DNA of 64,000 nt from Azolla caroliniana (lineage: Eukaryota > Plantae > Polypodiophyta), in assembly GCA_043228905.1 (NCBI GenBank), contig JBHGNT010000009.1, positions 5,456,001 to 5,520,000 on the forward strand, written 5' to 3'. Position 1 is the stretch's first letter; every line of letters starts with the position of its first letter. Position numbers and translations under genes: made by a program. Shown here in pieces: positions 51,685 through 64,000 of the stretch. The notes beneath the pieces are model-generated. The model did no database searches and was not told where the DNA came from. It saw only the letters and a program-made list of their open reading frames with translations.

Positions 51685-52767
51685 ACGTCAAACGCAACTA
51701 CATATTCGATGTATCAATGCACTCCTAAAGTTTTGACTTCCATGAGATTGCTCCATTGCCGAATTTAAAGCAGTATTTGGTTCTTGATTTTTGGCTGGCC
51801 ATACAGTTGGCAAAGTCTGAGTCGGTATAATCGACTATGCCTGAAATATCATTCGGGCCGAATAGGATGCTATAGTCTTTTGTGCCCACGAGGTATCTGA
51901 ACACATGATTTATTGCGTTCCAATGCGCTCGTCCAGGATAGTGCATGAATCTATTGAAGACTTTGACGACATGAGCAATGCCAGCCATGTCGCAACCATG
52001 GCGTACATCAAGGATATGATTATCGGTTCATACGGTACTAACTTCATAACTTCCCCCTCCGATTTGGATGTCGGGCAATCTCTTTGAGATAACCGAAGAT
52101 TAATGGGGAATGAGGTCGAAGCAGATTTGGCTGATTGCATGTTGAAGCATTCCAAGATACGTCTAATATAGTCGGCTTGACATAGGAACAATTGTCTTTG
52201 ATTCCGAAGACGACTTATCTTCATCCCCAGAATGTGTCTTGCTAGACTGAGGTCCTTCATGGCGAGCCGAACAAGATTGGCAAGCTCTCCAACATGTTGG
52301 TCGGAGAGTAGCATGTTGTTCACGTAGATGATGAGGAAGATGGGAGACCCATGTCGAGTTGTTTTGGTGAAGAGGCAATGGTCCTCATCGCTCTTTGAGA
52401 AGCTGACCGATTGGATGAAGTCGTCGAACTTCTTGTACCACTGATTGGGTGCCTGCTTTAGGCCGTATAGATTCTTCCTGAGTCGGCAGATTAGATGTTC
52501 CTGACCAGATACCATGAAGCCTTTCGGCTATTCCATATAAATTTCCTCCTCTAGGTCACCATAGAGGAATGTCGTTTTTACATCTAATTGAATCAATTCC
52601 AAATTCTCGGTTGCCACGATGTCGAGCATAAAGCGTAGGATTGCCATTTTCACCATTGGCGAAAAGATTTTGTCGAAGTTGATGCCATGTTCTTGTCGAA
52701 ACCCTTTTGCTACTAGTTTGACCTTGAATTTTGGGGTGGCCGAATCAGACGTCTCTTTTAGTCTATA

Positions 52768-55700
52768 TGTTGTAGGTTTTAGGGTTAGGGTTAAGGACGA
52801 TGATAATCATGATAAAGATAGACATGGTGGTTATGATGATGATGGAGAGTATGGGATTGATGGCAAGAGAGATCATGTGAATTGAGAAGCATTGTGGGGT
52901 GGGGGGTGGTGCCTAGAATGGCTCCACCCCCCTCCCAAGGGGATTCAACGTTAAGGGGGAGAGAGAGAGAGAGATGACAAAGAGAGAGAGAAAATGGTTA
53001 TTCATTTTTCATTCATTCCCCATAAGGGGGTTAAATAGTACAAGAGGGGGTAGATACAAAGGGGTGTAAGCCCCCTAGAGCATTCATACTGGACACTCAC
53101 TCACACCTCCTTGTATCCATCCACATGCACACACGTGTGCATGTGTTCACATATGTATTGACATACAATTACATTTATGCCCCCTACACACACACAACAA
53201 TCATCATGATAACATTTGACCCTCGCTCATCACATTGACTCTCCGTACATCTCGTACGGGGTAACACAATATGGCACGCCCGTGGGAAAGTGCCTTGCAC
53301 GTCGATCCCACATGCCTTGATGATGATATTTCTTCGACCGAAACTTCCATCGGTTCTTTCAACGATCGACTCCCTCGATCGGAATGCTTGACTCGAACAT
53401 CTTTGTCGGTCAGCAAATCGTCCGCGACACAAACATTCTCGTTCTGTCGGCTTACGAACTTCGTCATGGGTCCAAAATCATGTCGTATGTATGTGTGTTC
53501 TTCCTTTGTTTTGAGTGTGTGTGAGTAGTCTTGGGGATTTTCAAAATTCTAGTGGTGCCCTCTTGTTTTTAAAATTTTATATTGTACCCTTATGTTTATG
53601 AAATCTTTATGAATACCCTTTATGTTTTTAAAATTTTGACAATGCCCTCAGGTTTTTGGAAATTTGTGGGATGCCCTCATTGTTTAGAAATTTCTTGGAT
53701 GCTCTTTTATCATTCTCTTTTTCCCTCATTTTTCTGTTTTTGTCTTTTCTTTTTCTTGCTCTTGTATCTCTGTCTCTCTCGTGCTCGCGTCTGTCTCTCT
53801 ATGCCTTTCTCTTCTTCGATTTTCTTCTTTCTCTTCTTCTTTTTCTCTCTTATGCCACTGCTGCTTCTCTTTCCTCTTTCTTCTCTGCTTCTTCTCTTTC
53901 CCTTCTTCTACTTCTGTCTCTTCTCTGTCTATCCATGTTTCTTTTGTCTTTCTCTTCTTGATCTATTTCTTCTTGTTTCTTATTCTCTGTTTCTCACAGT
54001 CTTTTGCTTTTGCTTGCTTCCTCTTTATCCTTGCCTTGTAGGCATCGTTTGCTGTTCTTCCTCTGCCCCTCGGCGGCATGTCCAACGTTGTCGTCATCAG
54101 TTTTCTATTGTTGCCGTCCATCTCTATTTGGCCCGTCCGGGCACCGCCACTTCATCCGGCCGCGACTTCGACGTTGTTCATTCCGGCTGGATGTCCGGCA
54201 ACCGCTTCCCATTGTTACTATCTATCATTGTCCTTCCGTCGTGGTCGTCTTGCGTCTTGTCCGCTATTCAACCTGCGGTTTGGCCACAACTTTTTGAGGT
54301 CTCCGGCTCTTTAGGTCTCTGTCTTGGCCGCTGTCTGGCCTCGTGCGTTTGTTTTGCCCGTCCGGTCCGGCTGCGTTGATTTTGATACCGTTCGGCCACT
54401 CCAGCCAGCCCCTTCGATGGCTCTTCGGTCGCTCTCTGGCTGACGCTTTTCCGGCCTCTCCTCCATCTCAGTTGGTGTTGCCATTTTGGATGTAGTTGAC
54501 TGCTCTTCCGCTCCTATCCAACCACACCGACTTCTCTTTCGTTGTTGTTCGTAGTTTTTTTTTTTTTTTTTTCGTCGTCATTCTCAATGAACGTTCTGCG
54601 GCCATTCGGCGTCGTCATTGTATTCCGGCCGTCGTTGTCGCTATCGTGTCGGTTCCGTCATCGTCCGGCACCATCCATCGTCTTCCGCTCGTGCGTGTGC
54701 GTCCGGTCCGTCGTCCCGGGGACCTGTCTACTTCCCCGGCCTTGTCCGGCTGCTCCAGCCACTGTCCGGCAATTTCGACCAGTTTCCGGCCCTTCTGGCC
54801 GCTTTTTCCGTTGTCTAGCTCAACTAGCCATGTCTGTCCGGTCCATCTCCAGATGTCTGGCTCGCTGGCCTTGTCGGCCCTGCTGTCTTCTGGTTGCGTG
54901 TCCGGTCCGTCCGTCTGTGTTGTCCCATCCTATTGTGTCTTGTGTCTTTTTGGTCGCCTTTGTCTAGTGCATCCGGCCGTATCTTTCTGGCGCTGTTGGT
55001 TGATGTCTGGTTTGCGTCTGCATCTCCATCTCCGTCTTCTTTGACCCTTCGGTGTTAACCGACTTGGGTTCTGGTTCCGATTCCGGTTCCGACTGTCTGC
55101 GCATTTCTTCTTCTGGAACCATTGCCCGTGCATTCTCAGCACATCCTGCCGGTATCCGCTCCACACACTGCGACTTTCTCCGCAGTCTCCTGGTGGGCTT
55201 GTCTTTCCGGTTGTGCTGGCACCGGTTCCCTATGTGTTGCTGTTTGTCCAGCCGTGCATCTTGCACCACACTTTTGAGAACACACACATTGTCGCTAACC
55301 ACTTTCGGAAACACACACATGGACATTAATCGCAACCTCGCACAAACATTGTTGCCATTCATGCATTCCTCCATAGACTTCCTCCAACATCTTCATTGTC
55401 ATTTTCGCGTTTCGCCATTTCTTGCACTTAGTTGCTATGGCTTGCACATCCGTGTATCATTCTTCGACTCCGTTTCCAAAGGGGGGTCGCCTTAGTGGTC
55501 CCCAAAAGGTGTTGTAGGTTTTAGGGTTAGGGTTAAGGACGATGATAATCATGATAAAGATAGACATGGTGGTTATGATGATGATGGAGAGTATGGGATT
55601 GATGGCAAGAGAGATCATGTGGATTGAGAAGCATTGTGGGGTGGGGGGTGGTGCCTAGAATGGCTCCACCCCCCTCCCAAGGGGATTCAACGTTAAGGGG

Positions 55701-56010
55701 GAGAGAGAGAGAGAGAGATGACAAAGAGAGAGAGAAAATGGTTATTCATTTTTCATTCATTCCCCATAAGGGGGTTAAATAGTACAAGAGGGGGTAGATA
55801 CAAAGGGGTGTAAGCCCCCTAGAGCATTCATACTGGACACTCACTCACACCTCCTCGTATCCATCCACATGCACACACGTGTGCATGTGTTCACATATGT
55901 ATTGACTTATAATTACATTTATGCCCCCTACACACATACAACAATCATCATGATAACATTTGACCCTCGCTCATCACATTGACTCTCCGTACATCTCGTA
56001 CGGGGTAACA
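52768..56010 (+). mobile_element. Non-autonomous LTR retroelement (LARD/large-TRIM-like), 3243 bp
   Basis: LTRs 52768-53266 and 55510-56010 are near-identical, TSD CTATA, PBS TGGCACGCCCGTGGGA at 53272-53287. The 2.2-kb interior has no gag/pol motifs. Confidence 0.93.
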
Positions 56011-57149
56011 CTATACACCCACTTGCACGGAAGAACACGTCAATTTTTCGGTTGTTTGACTAGGTCCCAGGTCTGATTTTGCCGAATCCATTGCCAGATG
56101 CCATGTAGCTAAATCGGTTGATGCCAATGCTTCTTCATAGGACGTCGGTTCACCGACATCCGTGAAGAAGATTCTAGGAGAGTACCTCTCCGGAGGATGC
56201 AACAGTCTTTCGGATATCCTTAGTATGACTTGGCTAGCATGATCGGGTGTTTGGGTCAGAATCCGATGGTCTTGAGCTGAAACATTCGGTTATGCCAAAT
56301 CAGTTGGAGCTGATTTGGCTACCCGTGAAGCTGACCTCGTGTTATGGGCAAGGCCTTCATGAAGGGCCGACACTTCCGAGAAAGTTACCCTTCAGACTTC
56401 AATAGACCTTTCGACAGTTTTGTGCATAGCCGACTCATTGAACACTACGTCCAAATTTCGGACGATTTGTTTGTGCTCCGGGTCCCAGAGTTGGTATTTA
56501 ATCTCGTTGTCTAGTCCGTAGCCAAGAAAAATGCATTTCCTAGACCTAGGTTCGAGCTTTCAGCGATCATCTTTCGGTATGAGGGCATATGCCTCACATC
56601 CAAAAATCCTCAGCTTGGCGTAATTTGGCTTACTGCCAGTCTATAATTCTTGAGGAATCTGAAGTCTTAGAGGCCTACTCGGCGACACATTGATAATGTG
56701 TACTATTATAAATCAGGCCTCTGCTAAACCCTTCACGTGACTTTTCATTTCTAGTGTTTGCTTTAGTCATTGCAGTTCATGTTAGTAGTTTGAGTATTGT
56801 TGACAAGTACACTCACTCATCTCACCCAAAGAGGGTAGATAGTGGAAGGATTGTGCACAAGGATCTCATTGTGGTTTTCGTGAAGAGCATTATGAGTAAG
56901 ACATGAACTCCGTAACCATTTAAAGCCTCCAAACATGATGATGATCTTTGAGTGATTGCAATCCCACTTAAATCATGATAATCCACTTCTCTTAATTGTT
57001 TATTCTCATTCTATTCTTCTTTTTTTTTTTCTTGTATTCCACTAGATCAAGCTAATTGTCAATAATTTTGTAGTTGTAATGGAAAAGAAGTTCATGTTAT
57101 TGTATCCCCTATATATGACTCAGTGGTGAAAAATCACTCATAATCTGTG

Positions 57150-57633
57150 TTGTGGCATGGCTAATTAGATCATACACCAAAACATGATAGAAGGTGGTGA
57201 CAAGTGTCAAATCCTTCACACGTGTCCTTTTTCAACTTTTAACGGTCTTTGACCATTGCTTAATCTAGAAGTAGACAAAGAGCCTCCACAACATGCATGT
57301 GGAATCATCATGAACCAATTCGAGCTAATGCATTTTGACATGTATGAACCAATGCTCGTCCTGTGACTTTAGTTCCTCATGATATTTGTTGACAAATCTA
57401 CAAGGGAGTTCTAGCTTTTCCCATTGAAGATAGAGAACAAGACCTTCGAGAAATGCAAAGTGTGGTTGGCCACTGTGAAGACGAAAAAAGGATTGATGTC
57501 AAGGCTCTCTAGTCAAACAATCTAGGAGAATTCAATGCTAAAAACTTCTTTATTTTTTGTGAAAGTGAGGATTTTGATACCCACATACTTTGGTTTAGAG
57601 TGGTATTGTTGAACATATGAACTGGACAATCGA
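57150..57633 (+). pseudogene. Highly degenerate copia integrase fragment
   Basis: FELMHFDMYEPM, IFVDKSTRE, NNLGEF and SGIVEHMNWTI. Confidence 0.7.
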
Positions 57634-58823
57634 TGTTACAGACATGACCATATAATATCCCGTGGTAAGTTTTACCGTAGTATTCTATACATGTGGATAA
57701 AGTATGAGGCTTAAACTAGAGTGTAAAGAAGGGAAGGATTACTTTTAATCCTTGGGATTGGGACAACCCATTAGGACAAGTGTGAACTTGCTTGGGGGCC
57801 TTAGGTCTGGTTATAAATATGAGGCCTAGGTACCCTCATTTGATACATTATCAACCACGTCGAGACTCCGTCATTGTGGTGGGTCAACTCTTGTAGTGAG
57901 TGTGTCTACACCAGGTATGACTGATGCCACAACGGTGGTATGGGATGCCCATCGAGGCTCGAGTTCGTCTTGATCCCTTCGCTCGGGGATGATCGGGTGA
58001 ATCGACACCCTTTTTTTCTCTCTCCTCTCTTATTTTTCTATCTATATTATCCTTATCATATGCTTACATTAGTAGCTAGCTCACAATTGGTATCAAAGCT
58101 TTTCTTCTAATGTTTCGTTTGTTGATTGATTTTTTGTTGGATAGCGATTGATTGATGTGCAGTCGACCTTGATCCAAAAAGGCATTAATAAGCGAACTTC
58201 GGTAACTCTTTTTTTTCTGTTCTTTCATCTCCCAATCTAATAATGTATAGTCAATATGTGTTTTTTTCATTGATTCAATGATGTTGTTGTGGTAGTTAAT
58301 TGGTTGTATAAATATGTGTATGTGGTCAATACCTCATTTCAATTGACATATAAATGATATGTGATTTGTGTCATATATGTACGAGGTCAATACCTCAATT
58401 GCGTATGTTACATATGTGACATATGCGTATGAGGTCAATACCTCAATTACTATGTATTTGATATGTGATCTGTCATATGCGTAAGAGGTGAATACCTTGA
58501 TTGCGTATTACGTTCACCCTTATTTTTGGATGTTTCGTGTGCGTAGAGGCTATATGCCTGGATTACGTATCTCGATTACATCATTTGTTGGCTATGTAAT
58601 GTTACGATTTTTCTTAATATATGCATATATGTAATCATGTGTATACGTATTTAATCATATATTGTATGTGATAAACATAAATATGTGTATATTAGTGTTT
58701 ATTACATGATTTGGTATATCGAACGTTGTCCTTTTTGGGGAAAGGATCTTGGTGGCCATCTTCACATTTTTGTGAGAATTGGGTAGTCACCATCCTTTTT
58801 CAACAATTTTTGTTGTTGTTATC
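57634..58823 (+). mobile_element. 5' LTR (57634-58085), Met PBS and leader of another LTR element, interrupted at 58824
   Basis: TGTTACA...TCACA followed by TGGTATCAAAGC at 58088-58099. Confidence 0.75.
58312..58570. repeat. Degenerate 48-61-bp tandem repeat with a GAGGT-CAAT-ACCTC hairpin core (4-5 copies)
   Basis: Cores at about 58322, 58383, 58431 and 58485, and a decayed one at ~58546. Confidence 0.8.
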
Positions 58824-59150
58824 TATTGAGAATCAAGCTCAACTTGGTCTAGTGTGTGAACTCACCTTGAGAGTGAATAGACACTCCAATGGTCAAGAGT
58901 CACCATTATGTCACCACTTTGTATTCTAGCATTTAGTATGAGTCATAGAATCATATTCTATGACAAATAACTTATGAGTTTTCACATTCCCCATGCTCCA
59001 TGAGTCTTGTAGTTAATGAAGAGAGAGGGTGACTATATAAAGCATCCTCCTCCCACCTTGTATAATGTTGAGTCTTTCTCCTTTGTTAATATAATTTACC
59101 TTGCGTATTCTCTGTGTCTTACTCCTTGTCTCCCTCACTCTCTCTCTCTC

Positions 59151-59208
<58 letters not shown>

Positions 59209-62200
59209 ATACACACACACACAATTCATATCTATTCCGCTGCACAGAATCCATCTCTTGATTATTTACATGGTATCAGAGCGACTTGGTAGCTCGATCT
59301 AGCCCATCCGCGTGCGCTATGTCCTATGTTGACGACCAAGAACCGGCTCATCGCTATAGTAGCTTCGCTACATAGCTTACATTCGAAGAGAAGAAGAAGA
59401 ATCGACATAATGAATACTCAAATGGGGAGCGCTCTCCCTATCGAGAAGTTGGATCGAAACAACTTTGCATCTTGGGAGTACAAGATGCACCAATACCTTG
59501 TCAGACAAGGCTATTGGAGCTACATCAAAGGTGCGCACGAAGACCGACCCGTTGAAACGGCTCCCGGATACACGACATGGGAGCAAGCTGCAAGCCGCAT
59601 GATGTATTGCTTGGCGACATGTGTTCATGATCACATGTTCGGCTAGATTCGCGAAGCCAAGACGCCGAAGGAGGCATGGGAAAATCTACGAAAGATTTTC
59701 GCAGTGAACACAACTGCAAGAAGGCTTCAACTCCACCAAGAGTTGAACAACATTTAACAAAGGGACATGTCCATCATGACATACACCTTGAAGATCAAGG
59801 AGCTTTGTGACTCGCTCGGCTCGATAAGTGTAAATATCGATGATGATGAGATGGTGCAAATATGCCTCGGCGGCCTTGCACCACGGTTCGGCGCAATGCG
59901 AACCGCCGTTCTAGCAAGGGAGAAATCTCCCTCTTTCTTCGAGCTCCAATCAATGCTATTGGTCGAAGAAAACCACGTGTGTACAAGGAGCAATGAGTCG
60001 GAAGGCCACATGCTCTACATGCACTCGAACGGAGGAAGAGGACACGGACAACCGAGAGGCCGATTCGACCAAGGACAAGGTGGATGAGGTCCGACCTACG
60101 ACAACAACTCCCAATTTCGGCCGCAAAATGGAAGCCAAAAAGGAACCTTCACAAGAAGGGGGAGCTTCCACTCCGGCCTGAGCTATCAAAATGCAACCAA
60201 ATGCTGATATTGCAGAAAGCTCGGCCACCACGAAGAAGAGTGCCGAAAGAAGATGCGCGAATTGGCTTCCACAAGCCGACAACTCACGAATTACGTGCAC
60301 AATTCCAACTACGAAGAGTATAGCATAATGTATAGGCACAAGTCCGACTACGAAGATCGTGGCAGAATGTTCATGATGAAACACAGAGCAAACTCTAGGT
60401 CGGCCTCTACCTCAACTAGTGCCCTCAATCCGGAGGACGTATGGTTTGTTGACTGCGGAGCCTCAAACCATATGACATCTCATAAAGAATGGTTTCTTGA
60501 ACTTCGAGAGCCGGAGCGACCCGGTTATGTCGAAACCGGAGATGACACTACGCACCTGATTCGGCACATCAGCAATGTTCCGTTCGGCGAAAGAGGTAAG
60601 CAAACATACATTAAAAATGTCTTGCATGTTCCCACCATCACGAAGAATTTGGTCTCGGTCAGCCAAATGGTTGAGCAAGGGATGCAAGTACGATTCGACC
60701 AAGAAGGGTGCTTCATCGAAAAAGAGGGTCGAATCATCATGCGCGGAAGAAGAGAGGGCCGGATGTTTATTCTCGATTCACATGAGATGAAATCCTCCAT
60801 GTTCACAAAAAGCACGAATGCCGACTCCGACATAGAGCTATGGCACAAGCAAATCGGCTACATCAATCTCAACAAGCTCCAAGCAATGAAATCGAAAGGA
60901 GTTGTCATCCGACTCCGGACATTCAAAGAGAAGGAGATTGAAGGTGTATGCGAAGCGTGCCAATTCGGCAAGCAACACCAACACCCATTCTCGAAAGAGC
61001 GGAACGTGAGCAAAGGTCTACTCGATGTAGACTTCCATTCCGACGTATGGGGACCGGCGCAGACGGCTACATTCGGCGGATGCCGATATTACGTGCCCTT
61101 CATCGACGACTTCTCCAGGCATACGTGGCTCTATCCAATGCGGCAAAAGAGCGAAATGTTCGGACACTTCCAAAGGTTTAAAAACGAAGTCAAAAAAGCC
61201 ACTGGTCGTCATGTACGATGCCTTCGATCGGATGGTGGCAAGGAGTACTTCTCGGACGATTTCATGCCATATCTCCGAAAGGAAGGAATTCAGCGAGAAT
61301 TCACTTGCCGACACACCGCAACAAAACGGAGTAGCCGAGCGCAAAAATCGGCACATCCTTGAAGTAGCACGGGCCATGATGAACGAGAAGCATATGCCCA
61401 AGTCATATTGGGCCGAAGCTGCAAATACGGCCGTCTACCTAATGAACCAGTGCACAACATCCAGAGTGCACGAGAGATCTCCACACGAAAAATACTTTGG
61501 AAAGAAACCGGACTTATCGCACACCCGGATATTTCCCACGATAACATACGTGCACATACCCAACGAAAAGCGGCAAAAGCTAGATCCAAAGTCGGAGAAA
61601 TGTATCCTCGTAGGATACTCACTCGAACAAAAGGGGTACAAATGCTACAACCCATCTACTCGAAAAGTTCGAGTAAGTCGAGACGTCGTGTTCGACGAAT
61701 TCGCATGCTGGTACGCACTAGAGAAGTTTCCGACTTCGACCCCGATCGACGCGGAACCGGCCGAACAAGAGCGAGAAGGTGGAGATCGCCTCAAAGACAT
61801 GTTTGAAGATAGCCCGATTACCACAAGGCTAAGTGGGCCACAATAGCCCCTGAGCAGTCAAAGCACATCACCGCCTAGCCCGAAGATGGACAAAGGCAAG
61901 GCGAAAATGTCGGAATACAAAGACGATCGCTTCAACGACGAGTCGACTCAGTCACTCAAAAGTGAGTTCGGCGGCTTCGATGTACCAATCGGAGCTAAGA
62001 AAGCCCTCATCTCTGCAAATGAAAAGCTCCGTCACTCCACCCATGAAAAGAATCTGGTTAGCCGATTCAGCTACAACGACTACATGGCATATCACTATGC
62101 CTTTATGTTGAAGGTGGCGACAGTACGCGAGCCAGAAACATTTTCCAAAGCAGCCAAGGATCCGCGATGGATCGAAGCCATGAACGAGGAGATGCAGGCA

Positions 62201-64000
62201 CTATGCAAGAACGAGACGTGGGATCTCGTTCCCACCTCACCACACAAAAAGGCGATTGGATGAAGATGGGTTTACAAAGTGAAGTACAACGTCAACGGTT
62301 CCATCAACCGCTACAAAGCGCGACTCATAGTGAAAGGCTACGCATAAACGCACGGAGTTGACTACGAAGAGACCTTTGCCCCGGTGGCAAAGATGACGAT
62401 GGTACGGACAGTAATTGCGCTTGCCGAGGCAAAAGGGTGGCACCTCCGTCAAATGGACGTCAAGAACGTTTTTCTACAAGGCGAATTAGAAGAGGAGGTG
62501 TACATGATACAACCATCCGGTTCAACTTGAGCACCCATCCGAAAGCTCTATGCCGACTCAAGAAGCCACTCTACAACCTGAAGCTAGCACCGCGTGCTTG
62601 GCATTCGAAGATAACGCAATATCTTCCTCATATCAACTTTCGTATTTCAAAATCGGATAACTCCCTCTACATATGAAGCGATTCCGCAAGTCCGATTGTC
62701 ATCATCTTATATGTGGATGACCTAGTCATTGGAGGTGAGCACCTCATCCAAATCAATAAGGTCAAATCCCTCCTTTCCGACAAGTTCGAGATGACGGACA
62801 TGAAAGAGCTACACTACTTCCTCGGCATCGAGGTAATTCGGACTCCGGCCGGAATCATGATATCTCAACGGCACTACATCCTCAACTTGTTATACAAGTT
62901 CAGAATGGCTGACTGCAAATCCGCGGCAACCCCGCTTGATCGCAATCTCAAACTAGATGCAAACTCCGGCACCAAAGCGTGTGAGCCGACTAAGTATCGG
63001 CAACTCATTCAGAGTCTCATCTACCTCACGATCACACGACCCGATCTCAATTATCCAGTCGGTCTCCTTAACCAATTCATGCAAACATCGCGTGATACTC
63101 ACTTGGATTGCGCTAAGTGAGTTCTACGATACGTGAGTGGCACAATGGATTGCGGCATCCTCTACAAGACCGTGATGCCAATACGACTTGAGGGGTACAC
63201 AGACGCTGATTGGGCCGGCTACAAAGCTGATAGAAGATCAACCTCCGGATTTGTTTTTTCCCTCGGCAGCGGAGCAATATCCTGGAGCAGGAAAAAGCAA
63301 CCAATCGTTGCTCTTTCGAGCACAGAGGTGGAATACAGGGGCGCAACAATGGCCGCATGTGAAGCCGTATGGCTCAAAAGGATACTCAAGGATCTGGGCG
63401 TACCCATCAAGGATCTGACTTCCCTTTACTGCGACAATATGTGGAACGTCTATCTGGCTCAGATCCGGTGTTCCATGCGTGGACAAAGCACATCAAAGTG
63501 CACTATCACTTCATTCGAGAGCGCATTCTAGCTGGTGATGTCGACCTACAACACATTAGCACCAATCTTCAAACGACTGACATCTTCACTAAAGCCTTAG
63601 GAGCCGACAAGCTATGGCAATTCATGACCGATCTCGGATTGACGATCCCTGACCTGCCAAGCTTGAGGGGGAGTACTGAAGACACTACGCAATAATGCGT
63701 GGATTCGACAACCACGCAACGAAGCCGTGAAGAGCTGATCTACCGCGCAAAGCTGCGAAGAAAGACGCAAGCCGAAGCACAGACTTCGCAACTACGCACA
63801 ACGCAAGATGGAGCACGGATTCCACAACTCCGCATAAATGCGAGTCGACGCGGACACCGGAACACGAGTCGAAGCGAATTTCGGATATCGTCTGAAACCG
63901 ACCCGACTTGAGCTTGAGGGGGCGTGTTAAGAATCAAGCTCAACTTGGTCTAGTGTGTGAACTCTCACCTTGAGAGTGAATAGACACTCCAACGTTCAAG
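58824..64000 (+). mobile_element. Nearly complete Ty1/copia element with disrupted gag-pol; the 3' LTR runs off the window end
   Basis: 5' LTR 58824-59270, PBS TGGTATCAGAGC 59271-59282, PPT ~63912-63924, and a 3' LTR starting at 63925 that matches the 5' LTR. Confidence 0.95.
59410..63695 (+). pseudogene. Copia gag-pol pseudogene with stops and frameshifts
   Basis: EKLDRNNFASWEYKM (gag), WFVDCGASNHM (PR), HSDVWGP..FIDDFSR..QQNGVAERKNR (IN), [11 protein letters not shown] and YVDDLVI (RT), DADWAG..STEVEY (RH), split across frames. Confidence 0.95.

Larger units (their letters stand above)
49324..56720 (-). mobile_element. Degenerate copia (3' LTR 49324-50337, RNase H, RT, integrase C-terminus) abutting the previous element and carrying three further insertions
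   Basis: TG..CA LTR followed by PPT CTCCCCC. SKHINVRYHFVRDCV, LYGLKQAPNQWYKKFD, and integrase relic LEPRSRKCIFLGYG near 56520-56560. Truncated at ~56720. Confidence 0.88.

Noticed and set aside
52776-52797. True telomere or chromosome-healing site
   Set aside because: There are only 2-3 imperfect units, and they are duplicated as part of both LTRs
53582-55495. 265-aa and other ORFs inside the non-coding LTR element
   Set aside because: They are low-complexity F/L/S/C-rich frames produced by pyrimidine skew, with no recognisable domain
58312-58570. CRISPR-like palindromic repeats with spacers
   Set aside because: The linkers are related to one another (GATATGTGA..TGTC) and vary in length, and the array lies in an LTR-element leader

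Overview
AT-rich eukaryotic (plant) genomic DNA dominated by transposons. The PPR repeat style suggests a fern or other seed-free plant, which is an inference. There is one convincing host gene, an intronless PLS-class PPR gene with an E domain but no DYW (12504-14591, -). One Ty1/copia element is young and intact (17832-23162, TSD TCCAT, 608-bp LTRs with about 5 differences). The rest includes hAT-type DNA elements, 5'-truncated LINEs, a decayed chromodomain gypsy, solo LTRs and a nested LTR cluster from about 47.8 kb to the window end. The best leads are: (1) a ~9.3-kb island (~1.4-10.7 kb) of tightly packed, bidirectional, intronless, decayed ORFs with a Cas4/RecB-like PD-(D/E)xK motif and a recurring IRVH motif, which may be an endogenous DNA virus or an unknown large element; (2) a Pack-hAT element carrying two exons and the intron of a CCT-beta chaperonin gene; (3) a non-autonomous LTR element with an Arg-tRNA PBS and telomere-like LTR starts; (4) a LINE with a 19-bp TSD and a 2.6-kb 3' region built from ~474-bp repeats. 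All homology calls come from manual reading and translation. No database searches were run.
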